Positions 26,663-38,491 of a DNA stretch of 64,000 nt are shown here, piece after piece (the stretch's first letter is position 1; the number at the start of each line of letters is the position of its first letter). This DNA is from Mizuhopecten yessoensis (lineage: Eukaryota). The stretch is taken from the NCBI RefSeq assembly GCF_002113885.1, contig NW_018405126.1, positions 84,867 through 148,866 of the forward strand. Reading direction: 5' to 3'. The notes under the pieces were generated by a model, which saw nothing but the letters and a program-made list of their open reading frames with translations, did no database searches and was not told the DNA's origin. Both the position numbers and the translations under genes were made by a program.

Positions 26663-27267
26663 GGCTTTATAAATAAAAAGGGGCCGAATATGCTTCGGTC
26701 TCCCCTTCTGGAAAATGTTTTTTATTTACTGTTTCAATATGAAAACGCTTACAGTTTGGTTTTGTATATATACATATTAACACAGCCATCACCATAAAAC
26801 GACACTCTTTTATGAAATATAAAAAATGATTGTAAGCCTTTTCTTTCGTTTCAGACAGAAGTAACATTTTTCATTACATATTGAAGTTATCTCATAATGT
26901 AGACGTTACAATTTGCAAAATTTAAGGAAAGCGTATCTAGACGTACGTATATAATTAATACTATTTACACGTATCTGCTATAATTCATATTTCCTGAAAA
27001 GTTGCCACCATCTATTGGAAAACAAATGGACTGAACCGCCCGGGATAAACAGTAATTTAATAAATAATTTATTTATTGCAAACGGAGTTATATAGAATTC
27101 TGGGGGTCTGATTGGGAAATAAAAAAAAATTGTCTGGCCATGCGGCCTAATATTGTGTTCGTATCCTATTTTTTTACAGTCTACCATGTAATTATAGGCG
27201 TATTATTAGAAAAGCGTTGAAAAAAAAAAGATTTGTGTTCCATAAACACAAATAAATAAATGTCTAT

Positions 27268-27305
27268 ATAACACCACGGACTTAAATCTAATTCCGTGAT
27301 AACAC
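27268..27305. mobile_element. Putative DNA-transposon excision footprint (24-bp core, 7-bp direct repeat)
   Basis: ataacac CACGGACTTAAATCTAATTCCGTG ataacac. Confidence 0.7.
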
Positions 27306-27422
27306 TATCTCAATAAATTATATTTTTGGTCGTCCCTGGCGCTCAATCAACTGTGTGTTTTTGGTCGACGACTGCATCATTCAGGTTCCGTGGCGTATTC
27401 TATGACTACGCATGCCTGACAA

Positions 27423-27455
27423 TTTCCTTTTTCTTCCGGTCGGCCATACTGTAAG
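27423..27455 (+). promoter_or_regulatory. Probable RPL21 TCT/5'TOP transcription start and non-coding exon 1
   Basis: Polypyrimidine tract TTTCCTTTTTCTTCC followed by ETS-like CTTCCGG, YY1-like GGCCAT and a donor (GTAAGG or AG|GTGCGA). Matching acceptor TTTCAG ends at 30456, 8 nt before the ATG. Typical layout for ribosomal protein genes. Confidence 0.7.
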
Positions 27456-27814
27456 GTGCGAATAAAGTTTGTCTACATATTCTGTATTTTCTTCATAATT
27501 CGATCCGAATTTATTGTTTTGTAATACTTAATTGGATGTTTAAACACATATTGGAACTGACTTCATATATATTTGATGTGTAACAATGATTGGAATACAA
27601 GAATCCCCGACAATAAATCGTTGGTTACAAACCACGTGTACTCGGTAGACCTTAAGCCGAATTACGAGTTGAGCCCCTTTGAATCATTTATCTGCTGTCA
27701 AAGCATGTCGCTCATGAGTTGTCGAAGATTTTTGATTTATAATAAAAAAAATAAAAATGGATTTAAATGCATTATATCACTTCAATATAATGCGGTCAGT
27801 ATTCATTTCTAATT

Positions 27815-27966
27815 GCTGCTTCTAAGTTCTCTGCACCACGGGTTTAAGCCTTGTCCTAACTGCAGTAGGGCTTTTCCTGGTGAACAAAGTGCTAGAAATT
27901 AGGTTCTATAGTTGCCAGGCTGTCATTGCAGGAAGGACCTGTCACCACTGACAACAATAAAGCAGC
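27815..27966 (+). ncRNA. Candidate H/ACA-like structured intronic RNA in RPL21 intron 1
   Basis: Two hairpins (CACCA..AAGCCTT/AGGGCTT..TGGTG and GTTGCCAG..CAGG/CCTG..CTGACAAC), an ANANNA-type hinge AAATTA, ACA near the 3' end, and a flanking GCTGCTT/AAGCAGC stem. No target identified. Confidence 0.3.
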
Positions 27967-28117
27967 CAAGCTCTTAAAGGAATTTTTCTTTTGATTACTG
28001 AAAATATATTAAAGCCAGATGACATCTATATGGTCCTGTACATTTAAAACTAGTCTCAAATTATATGATTTTTAGTCCCCAGTCATGTTATATTATTAGC
28101 TCCCAGTGAAATTGTTA

Positions 28118-28150
28118 CTTGAACCACGGAATTAGATTCCGTGCTTGAAC
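28118..28150. mobile_element. Putative DNA-transposon excision footprint (19-bp core, 7-bp direct repeat)
   Basis: cttgaac CACGGAATTAGATTCCGTG cttgaac. Confidence 0.7.
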
Positions 28151-28455
28151 TTGCCATTTTGCACAAGATAAGTGTTGAATACATCAAACTGAAAATTTCA
28201 GCTCTGATGGAACTATACAAAATTCAGAAAAACTGTTGAATCAATAGTGCCAGTAACGGGAGATTTAAAGGAAGAAATACTTGTGTGAACTGTATATAGC
28301 TGGAGTTCAATGAAATGATTAAAATCAATAATAGTATTTCAATGTTTCATTTAAACCACTATACTTGTCAGCAAAGACAAAAATAACAAAGCTATAATGT
28401 GTTTCCATGTAATAATACTGCATACAAATGTTAATAACCTTGAACTGCACTATAA

Positions 28456-28809
28456 CATGTCCAGTACACTCTGCCTATTGAGCTATATAGCTCTATTGAC
28501 CTATCTGAAATAGGTCTTTTGAGCTATTTTCAAGTGATTTTCTTTTTTTAAGGAAAAGTTGCTTTTAAAAGAAGATTGTATCATTAGGTTGATAACATAA
28601 GACATTTAATATAAGTATTCTTTTTAAGAAATAATGATTTTTTGTAGTCACCATTACCAAAACCTGATTGCTTTATGCGACTTTGCTTAAATTTAATGAA
28701 AATTGAAATCTGAGAAAATATAGCTCAATACAGCTATAATTTATAGGTGTATATAGCTATATAGGTCTATATAGCTATATAGCTCAATCGGCAGAGTGTA
28801 CTGGACCTG
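28456..28809. mobile_element. MITE with about 45-bp TIRs (Tc1/mariner-like ends)
   Basis: GTCCAGTACACTCTGCC.ATTGAGCTATATAGCT mirrored at the right end, which is followed by TA. Confidence 0.7.
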
Positions 28810-28811
28810 TA

Positions 28812-29387
28812 TAAGGTGGCAGTACCCAAATCGGATCACTTTTTGCAAAAATATTTGTAAATAAATAAATGTGTCAACAAATCAGTTATAACAATGATGT
28901 AGTCTTAGAATAGATAGCCATGCACCATTTTTAGACTACAGATAATTAGTTTTTAAGTTCAAATAGTGCAAGAAAACGTAATTCATACTCAAATGTCAAT
29001 GTTTTGATTACGTTTTTAAAAAATGGTGAGTGGGACAACTAAGCACTCTGTTTTGGACTATAGGAATAAATTCACACTATATAAATACTTTTTGTCATAT
29101 AAATTCTAAAGGTCATCATAAAATGTTAATATGCTAACAAAAAAATATTCATTTGAAGCGTACGATACTGCAAAATTCAAGCCTTGGTCCGATTTGGGTC
29201 CCGACATTAGCAAAAATGATTGGTGACTTCAGGGAGTTCAAAAAATATCTCAAGTGAACCCTGGGTGCTAATTTCGTTTGTGAGAACACGGGGGTCCATC
29301 GATAGTCTATTTATAATTCCTCCTCAGATTTTTCAATGATTTAATAAAATGATGGTTTGGTGATCCGATTTAGGTACTGTCACCTTA
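28812..29387. mobile_element. MITE with 28-bp TIRs, TAA/TTA-bounded
   Basis: TAAGGTGGCAGTACCCAAATCGGATCAC ... GTGATCCGATTTAGGTACTGTCACCTTA. Confidence 0.7.
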
Positions 29388-29976
29388 CAGATCTATACAA
29401 AGGAGAGCAAAGATGAAATTAAAAAAGTTAAATTCAACGTGAATATTTCTGCAGCCTTACTCTCAGAATATAATGTCACAAGTCAGCACTGTAACTGTTC
29501 TACTAATCTGATAAGGTTAAGAAAAGTTTTTTATTGAGTTGTGTCCAATTTTTACAAACCACTCAGCTTGCTGATGATCATGAGCCAGCTCCACTTGTTA
29601 CAGAAAAGGGTCGTTGATGGAATATCAGTAAATCAAACAAAACAACTTCACCCTTGTCTCAGACTTGAAATAAGTGCCCATGGAAAACATAAGATAACAT
29701 ACATGTTGACCACTGACTCACAGCCTTCTTTCATGAACACTAGATTTGTAAAATGTACAATAGTGTATCCTTTTGTTTTTCATTCAGTGAAAAAAATAAT
29801 GATATCAAAAACATGCTCATTTAATGTTTACCCTGATTTTGTTTGGATCGTGGAAATGATAGAAATACTCATTAAAACAAATTATTTACCGACATGATCA
29901 GTTTTCATCCTGACTGAATATGTTGGCGGTACCAAATTATGTCTTAGAACAAAGGGAAATATTTTTATGGTGCAAA

Positions 29977-30047
29977 ATCAATGATGAAGAAATTTTGAAT
30001 CTCGTTAATATGATTATTGATGAAATCAACAAAGCATTTCTGAGATC
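29977..30047 (+). ncRNA. Box C/D snoRNA, SNORD30/U30-like, in RPL21 intron 1
   Basis: C box ATGATGA 29981-29987, 13-nt guide GAATCTCGTTAAT 29997-30009 complementary to conserved 28S rRNA ATTAACGAGATTC, D' ATGA 30010-30013, C' TTGATGA 30017-30023, D CTGA 30040-30043, short ATC/GAT terminal stem. Confidence 0.8.
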
Positions 30048-30464
30048 AGCATCATCTAAAGTTGAGGCTTTTATGTCGGTCCAATAGCTAAGGTCATATG
30101 TTGAGTGGACTTCTTATATAGGACACAACACTGATTTTGGCCAAGATTTGAATTTAAAAAGTGAAGTAAAATATTGTCTTTAAATTAACATTTACAAAGT
30201 AAATATTTAAATTAAATTGTAAATATTGATTTAAAAATGTTCACAAGGTTATACTAAAAACCAAGCCAAAGTGTGCGTGCCATCACTTATTTCAATGGCA
30301 CAGCACTATAAATTACTTCTATGCAACACATTTGAACTCTTTTAATATCTTAAAGTTACATGTTTCTGGGCAGATTTTATTCAATGATTTGCAAAAACCT
30401 TATTTGAAATGCAGCTGTTCTTTAAAATGTTTAAACAATATTGCATTTCATTTCAGAAGGCATC

Positions 30465-33400
30465 ATGACGAACACCAAGGGATATAGGCGCGGTACGCGC
30501 TACATGTTCTCCCGTCCATTCAAGACAAAGGGAGTCATTCCATTGTCCACGTATATGAAAATATACAAAAGGGGAGACATCGTTGACATAAAGGTAACGA
30601 GTTATGCTACACTGAATACCTTAGTTTGTCCTGTATCACATTGGTTTGTTTTATCTAAGAAAACATCTTAAAAACGATGGGACACTAATTGTGAAACAAG
30701 GTTATCAATTTATATTATCTCTCTTTTTAATATTGATGTGAACCCATACCTTTTAACATCCAATCGGGGGATAAAACCCAAACTAACCGTAGGTGAAAGG
30801 CAAGTGTCCCATATACTGCACCATCTGACCATGGCCACCAGATATACGTTAGGAAGAGGTTCGATACTTGGAAAAAGAACTTCCTCGTATTTGAAGACAA
30901 GGTTGTGCAAAAAGTTAAAAGGTCTCCAAAAAGACACATTTGTGTTGAAAAAATTGCTATATCAATGAATGAAGTTTTTAATGTTGTGCACCATCTTTTA
31001 AAAGGGCCACGGAGCTGTACAAAAGGGTATGCCCCACAAGGTTTACCACGGAAAGACTGGGAGGGTGTTCAACGTGACTCCTCATGCTGTCGGCGTTGTT
31101 GTTAACAAGCGTGTAGGGTAAGATATGTTTTCCATAAGAATATTTTCTAATAAATAATAAGATATGATATCACCAGATTTTAGTTTATCTGTTTTATATA
31201 TGGCAGTTTTTCTGACTTGGACAATCATATTTTTTCTTTCATTGATTGGTCAAACTATATGTTAAGTAAAGGTATTTTCACCATTTAAAAAAATGTCTTG
31301 ATCAACTCACCATTGTCCGTAATTTATTGTTTAAAACCAGACTACCAGTAAACCAAAACAATCGTGCTACATGATTTTAGACCCGGACATTTTCAGCTCA
31401 CCTGGCCCGAAGGGCCAAGTGAGCTTATCCCATGGTGCAGCGTCCGTCGTCCGGCGTCCGTCAACTTTTTCCTTTAAAATGCTACTTGTCCTGAATGGCT
31501 CAGAGGATTTTGACCAAATTTGGTCAGGAGCATCATTGGCCAAAGGGTTCTCAGTTTTGTATAAACGGAGGGTATAACCCCCCTGGGGGCAGAGGGGCGG
31601 GGCCAAATAGGGGGAAAATAGGTAAATCTTTAAAAATCTTCTTCTTCTCAACCAATAGAAGGATTTTGACCAAATTTGTCCTAGAGCATCTTTGGACAAA
31701 GGAGACTCAAGTTTGTATAAACGGAGGGTGTGGCCTCTTTGGGGGCAGAGGGGCGGGGCCAAATAGGGGAAGTAGAGGATTTTTTCTCTCCTACTATACA
31801 AGTGAAGGGATTTAAACCAAATGCAGTCTGAAGCTTGGTCAGGAGCATCATTGGCCAAAGGGTTCTCAGTTTTGTATAAACGGACGGTATAGCCCCCCCT
31901 CGGGGCAGAGGGGCGGGGCTAAATAAGGGGAAAAAAGGTAAATCTTTAAAAATGTTCTTCTTCTCAACCAATTGAAGGATTTTGACCAAATTTGTCCTAG
32001 AGCATCTTTGGACAAAGAAGACTCAAGTTTGTATAAACGGAGGGTGTGGCCCCTCTGGGGGCGGAGGGGCGGGGCCCAATAGGGGAAATAGAGGATTTTT
32101 TTTCTCCTGCTATACAAGTGAAGGGATTTTAACCAAATGCAGTCTGAAGCATGATTAGGGACAAAAGAATCAATTTTGTATAAACTGAGGTGTGTGGGCC
32201 TCCTTCTAAGGGCAGATGGGTGGGGCCCATTAGGGGAAATAGAGGAAAACATCAAATATCCTTCTCCTTTTGTACCGATGAAGGGATTTTGACCAAATTT
32301 GGTCTGGAGCATCATTGGCCAAAGGGTTCTCAGTTTTGTATGAACGGAGGGTATGGTCCCCCTGGGGGCAGAGGGACGGGGCCAAATAGGGGAAAATAGG
32401 TAAATCTTTAAAAATCTTCTCCTCAACCAATTGAAGGATTTTGACCAAATTTGTCCTAGAGCATCTTTGGACAAAGGAGACTCAAGTTTGTATAAACGGA
32501 GGGTGTGGGCCTTCTGGCGGCATAGGAGCGGGGCCCAATAGGGGAAATAGAGGATTTTTTTTCTCCTACTATACAAGTGAAGGGATTTAAACCAAATGCA
32601 GTCTGAAGCATGCTTAGGGAGAAAAGAATCAATTTTGTTTAAACTGAGGTGTGTGGATTCCCCTTCTTTGGGGCAGATTAGTGGGGCCCATTAGGGGAAA
32701 TAGAGGAAAACATTAAAGATCCTTCTCCTTCTGTACCGTTGAAGGGATTTTAACCTAACCAAACTTGTTTTAGAGAATCTTTGGGCAAAGGGAATTGAAT
32801 ATTTATAAATGGAAGATGCAACTTTGTTACTTGTACTCCTTTGATAAACCTGAATGGTACTCAGCAGGTTTTAAATTGAAAAATAAAATACCAGGTGAGC
32901 TATTAAGGCCCCTGGGCCTCTTGTTTCTCTCTCCATCTACATATGTCGTTTGCAAAATCCTGAATAATGCTTTTAAGGATCCCTGTACCACTGCCAAAAG
33001 CTGATTTTGCTGGCAGGACTGCAGCATTTCTGAAATCATATGTGGAAAGAAAATCATACCTTGCAGGGTTTTTGTAAAAAATAAATGAGACGAAGCAAAC
33101 AAAAAATGTAACCAACACCAGGGCCCGTATTCATGAAACCGTTCTCATGCTCAAGCACGGATTCCGTGCTCCAACCAGCTTTCTTGTATCTCACTTAAAA
33201 CAATCAAAAAGTAAAATATAAACAGTGAAAATTGTTTTCGGCTTTAAATCTCTTCCATTTCTTTCCAAATCATTGAAAAAATTATATTGTTTTATTGATT
33301 TATAATCGAATCAAGAATTTAGAGACCTTAATATAATGCAGTGGGTAGGGATCTGTAAGATGAATCGATTGGAATGATCTGAAAGGAATTTAACAAGGAA

Positions 33401-33955
33401 TCTTCCATGTCATATTAATAATCATACCACAGAAATTAAGAATCTAAAGCTTCAGTTTAACTTGTTATTTTCTGTAAAACAGACACCGAGTTTTGCCCAA
33501 GAGAATCAATGTCAGGATTGAACATGTGAAGCACTCCAACTGCCGTCTTGACTTCGTGAAAAGAGTGAAGGAAAACGCAGAAAAGAAGAAGGTGGCCAAG
33601 GAGAAGGGAACCAGGCTCAGCTTGAAACGTCAGGTAGGTCTTGCTTGCCATTAAACAAATATATTAACAGTTAATCATGTAATTAAAAAAATATTAATTA
33701 TCAGTAAATTTACACATGAAAGTTATATAATAATATTTACCTTCCTTTACTTTCCCTAGTACAAATTCATGTTGATGTATGAAGTACATAAGGTAATGCG
33801 TAATGCTTCTCTTAATGATGCATTCTTTGTCATGTTATTTAATAAGACTTTCTGTTGTTTTGCAGCCAAAGCAGCCCAACAAAGCTCATTTTGTGAGCAC
33901 AAAATACAACAAACCACAGCTCATTGAGCCCATCCCCTACGAGTTCATCGCCTAG
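30465..33955 (+). CDS. RPL21: 60S ribosomal protein L21 (eL21), 4 coding exons, 160 aa
   Basis: Exons 30465-30593, 31005-31117, 33483-33633, 33866-33955; 483 nt; GT-AG with consistent phases. Translation [23 protein letters not shown]...[18 protein letters not shown]...[13 protein letters not shown]...PIPYEFIA is typical eL21. Confidence 0.97.
30735..30835 (-). mobile_element. Truncated SINE head (same family as 21158) in RPL21 intron 2
   Basis: Minus strand GGTGCAGT...CACTTGCCTTTCACC...GGGTTTTATCCCC aligns with the head of the 21158 SINE. Confidence 0.5.
31390..32926 (+). mobile_element. HINE-like element in RPL21 intron 3 with an about 155-bp higher-order tandem array
   Basis: 5' TTTCAGCTCACCTGG...GTGAGCT and (CGTC)n; 3' CAGGTGAGC plus AGGCCCCTGGGCCT palindrome and CTTGTTT; about 9 internal monomers of three alternating types. 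Confidence 0.8.
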
Positions 33956-33962
33956 GTCATGA

Positions 33963-33968
33963 AATAAA
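33963..33968 (+). terminator. RPL21 polyadenylation signal
   Basis: AATAAA 7 nt after the TAG stop, consistent with the short 3'UTRs of ribosomal protein mRNAs. Confidence 0.75.
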
Positions 33969-36900
33969 AAAAATGTACAGAAAATTCATGACTTGAATTT
34001 TTTTTTACCAAAATATATTCATCTAGGCTCATATGTTTTAGGTCACCTTAGTCACCTTTTGTCTGTCCACTGTCCACTTTTGGGGTTTGATTAAACTTGG
34101 TGGTTATCACCAGCCTGTGGTAGGGATAAGAATCTATACTAAAAGCGAAAAAAGGCAGACCCAGTTTGACCTCCAAAGGATCACAAAGTAAAAAAATATT
34201 CCGACAACATCTCATCTATAAGTTGCCTAAGGATCCATAGATGATGATATAATCAGAATCTAGACTGCAGAAGGAGCTGATCCACAGCCAGCGCCAGCAG
34301 ACGGACAGGTTTAAATGGAGTCATGGAGAGCTAAAGACAGGGAAAAAAACATTACGAGGATCACGCTTTTTACCCCTAATGGAACTCCTTCTGGGGAGGA
34401 GGGGGACTTGTATTATGGGGACATTTAGTTCAGACCTTCAAATAGCATTTAAGTTAAAGGCCTTGCCAGATATAAATATGGGGTTGGGGAAGGGAGGTCG
34501 AGAGGCACTTCAAAATATGGGTGTTAGAATCTTGTTGCAATAGTTAAATTATGGTTGGTGGTATCCATGGTAGTGTACCGGTATTCCCAACGGATGTCTT
34601 CGAAGAGGGATATACGGGAAGCAACTTGGGTTTGCTTCTGTTTCATTGCACATGGTGAAAATCTAGATGTGGTCAAAGCTGGATCACAGGTGTTGGCTTC
34701 GTCTGTCAATACACCCATAATACAAAATAAGTGTATTGTGAGACGAGGCAATAATATGTGTTGGAAGTGAACCATTTAGCAAATCTGTACATGGTGGCAG
34801 GCCAACGATGCATTGAGATATGACAATACAATCTTAACTACAATACCAAGATTTAAAATTTAAAATACCATATTGATTTATAAATTAATTGCATAATGTT
34901 GTTTTTCACACACTGGAATCAACAGGTTGGGCACAACCCTGCATATGGGTAATACTCCTGAATTTTGGTAACGGCTACCATTTACAGTAGCAGTTTCATT
35001 ACTGAAATGGGAAATAAAGTGAAATGAAAACACAAAAGTTCTTTTAAATAGGACCAAAAAGGAGTGAAAATTCATTTGTATACAAAAAGTTATCAATTCT
35101 GATGTTAAAACAGCAAACCCTATCATTGACTTCAGTGTGTTGCCAATGTGACGGGTGAGCATGTTTATTTCTGTGCTACATTGTAGCTACTCTACAACAC
35201 ACTGTAAGCAATGGAGGTGATGTTAGTTTGAATTAACATGTTTGTGTTCCATTGTACCTCATTGTTATAACATTCATTGGGTTATATTTGAAAGAATGAA
35301 AAATTAAAATAGTTAAGTGCGTGTTACAAAATATATATAAAAATCGTGGGTGGTAGAGTGTAAGAAAAATTAAATCATGGGTGGGTAATAAAAAAGTGCC
35401 TCCTTGACCCACCCACCCCTACATTTATTTCAGGAATAGCCTTTATTTAATTTAAGCTAAATAGTTTTCTTTTTAACTAGGCCTTGCATTGGGAGACACT
35501 GCCTACTAAGCTCTTATTGATGTAAACAATTCTACTCGACAGAAGTATTTATTCGGCTGACCATGAAGGTCAATCTGAATTGTTATGCTTTGTCTCAGTT
35601 AAAAAAAAAGACACACCAAAAGTTGTACTGGTAGTTGAAGATTATACATACAAAGTTGACTGGTACGCTTGTACACCAATAATTGGGAGCAAGGAATCTT
35701 CCAAAAATGAATAAAGAGGTCATGAAGAAACATGTATATTTATATGTACCCCTACCTACCGTAAATATGTCTGTCTGCATTGAACCAATCCTTAAGCTAA
35801 CTACGAACCTTCGATTCTGTCAAGAAAATTAATAGGGTGCAGAGGATATGTTATGCCGAGGGCGTAGCCGTAGACTGGCCACCGTCTCTAGAATATTGAA
35901 TTATTAAGAAAAAAGTTTAACCCTGAAAAAAATTATCACTTGGATGTCTGATTCTAGACTAGTTCTTAACTAGGGGAAGATAAGCTAGTAGTAAAATGCA
36001 GCTGAGAAATTCTTCATAAAAACTTGGGGGCTGGTGGCCAGTCGAGCGTAGCCGTTGAATTTAGAATACGACATTTGATTAGCAAACTTTTTTTGTACGA
36101 GTTGTTTCTCTTTCTTCTATAATTACGAAGTTTCAAATATTGTTCACAGAACAAAATCTTCTGCCAATAGCCGCGTTTTTGTGTCACATATTTAAAGCCT
36201 TAAATTTTTCTTGCATTCAGTTTTCAGAATAGATTTATTTTTGAATTACCAAATTGGCATTTACATGGGTGTCAGATGCAAAAGGAGCCACCCAAGTGCG
36301 AACCCCTTTTCCCCAGTTAAAGTGGGTTTGGGGAGGTTGTGGAAACAATAATTAGTTTTCTGGTGGTCAGTTAAGAGTTTATTTAAGTCGAAAAACACCA
36401 CTTTCTGGGTTAATGATATGCTAAAAAAGGATGAGAATACCGACTTGTCTACAAATCTATTTCGTAATCAAAATCGCTAGATGAAACATGAAGGCACTTG
36501 TACACCTGCACAATTACCCAAGAAACTGTCATTCAATGCAAATAAGTACTTTTATGTATACAGTTTTCATTTGATGAACCGTTTCATGACAATTAAACTG
36601 TATTAAGCTTTATTGGCTGCTGATTATCGTTATGGACAATTTAAAGGTAAGATAAACGATCAAAACATGACTTTCCTGATTTACGTGCCGTGTGACGCTA
36701 TTTATTGGAATATCATTTTCAAAGGGCCAGTTTGAGAAATTCATTTAATCGGAACCCTCGTTGATTCTTTAAATATTACAACTATGCATATTTTCCGCCG
36801 ATAATGATTGTTTATCCCGAAATATCAAATTGTGAAATAAATGAAAAGTTGATAGTATCTATTTATGAAAAATGAACAAACATTTTTGGAACTGATAGTA

Positions 36901-38071
36901 TGGTATAAATTCATATTTATAATATTTATCTAAGAGGTGTCCCGATTTGCGTACAGTGACGTTATATAAAATCCAAACAATGACTTCTGAACGATCTGTG
37001 ACATGAAATACCGTGGGTTAGAAAACATTGATGTCACTGTCAGGTCAGAGAGGTCGCCATAGGAAAACCGAAATCGTACGCTTAACGTACAGCTTAAAAA
37101 CCTGCACTTATATATATATATATATACGTGGGGCACCGCAAAAGGGGTACGGTTTGGCGTTTCATGCAGTTTTATTCAATGCCGTGTCCATAAGGAATGC
37201 AATTAAATGCAATGTTTGGGTTTTTATGTGAATATTTTTAGTTACGTAAATTTATGTCAACACATAAAAAAGGAAATCGCCTATTCGCGGTAAATGCCCA
37301 GTGATTAGGCAGTACACATGCAAGAACCGTTATGATGACTCGCGGCATTTCCGGAAATCCGCATACCAACTACCAGGATCACCGGAAGACGGCTCTTTGT
37401 ACCAATAGTGATTTAAAAAACATTTTTTTTATTTGTCATTCAACAAAAAGGATTAGGCACAAGTTATCTCAACTTAGAAACGCCCTCTCCAATACATTTC
37501 ACCAATAGTGAAACATTCCTATCTTCATATCATTGGAATGCAGGATATTCGGATACTGTTTTGCTTTAATTTGCTTGGATTCTTTTGTCCTCTGATTAAT
37601 CGTATTTGGCAGAAACTATTTACACATTATTTACATGTGTTATGTAGTTCACACAGTTATGTAGTTCCATGCGTTTTATCTCTTGGTTTCTACACTTTGG
37701 GGTTTATTTATTAATTTAATTTTAACTTCATTTTGGTGGTGTTTGTTGCTGAGCGTCTTTTCATTTATCACATAATCGGCCAATTATCCAGTCGATTGTG
37801 ACGTCATAATATGGACAATGACGTGACGTCATAAATTGTGATTGGCCAACAAAATGTTTGTCTCCGTTTGATTAAGCCCTCTACATTTTGGCTTTAAAAC
37901 CTGTCAAAATGTAAGTTTTCTGAGTTGTGTGATAAAAAGTATCTTAAATTTGTTTTCGTTTCATATGAGCTTTTATGAAATGAAAACTCCTTTAAGATCC
38001 TATATATATGAGCCACGATACTTCAGAGATTGTTAGGTTTCGCACTTGTGTTACACGTTATATATATCATC

Positions 38072-38491
38072 TACCAATGTAAGGGGAACTGTTGTAACTT
38101 GGCACTATATATGTAAGTGCTTGACTATGCGAGTTATATTACATCAGCCAATGCATTTAGATCTTACATTTTATATACTACATACCAATGTAAGGGTAAC
38201 TGTTGTAACTTGGCTCTATATATATGTAAGTGCTTGACTATGTGAGTAATATTACATCAGCCAATGCATTTAGATCTTACATTGTATATACTACATACCA
38301 ATGTAAGGGGAACTGTTGTAACTTGGCACTATATAAGTAAGTGCTTGACTATGCGAGTTATATTACATCAGCCAATGCATTTAGATCTTACATTGTATAT
38401 ACTACATACCAATGTAAGGGGAACTGCTGTAACTTGGCACTATATATATGTAAGTGCTTGACTATGCGAGTTATATTACATCAGCCAATGC
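38072..38491. repeat. About 111-bp tandem repeat, about 3.8 copies
   Basis: TACCAATGTAAGGG recurs at 38072, 38183, 38296 and 38407. Confidence 0.9.

Noticed and set aside
30740-30945. Apparent multibranch ncRNA (snoRNA, RNase P/MRP or telomerase RNA) in RPL21 intron 2
   Set aside because: No diagnostic conserved boxes or CTAACCCTAA template; the 5' half is explained by a minus-strand SINE head.
31367-32576. ORFs of 100-236 aa on minus in RPL21 intron 3
   Set aside because: Translations of the HINE tandem array.
32951-33080. Stem-closed segment in RPL21 intron 3 as a snoRNA
   Set aside because: No convincing C/D or H/ACA box set and no guide sequence recognised.
34548-34785. Possible lipocalin-like pseudo-exon on minus (TLILYYGC...DHI*IFT)
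   Set aside because: Two in-frame stops and only vague motif similarity; unsupported without a search.
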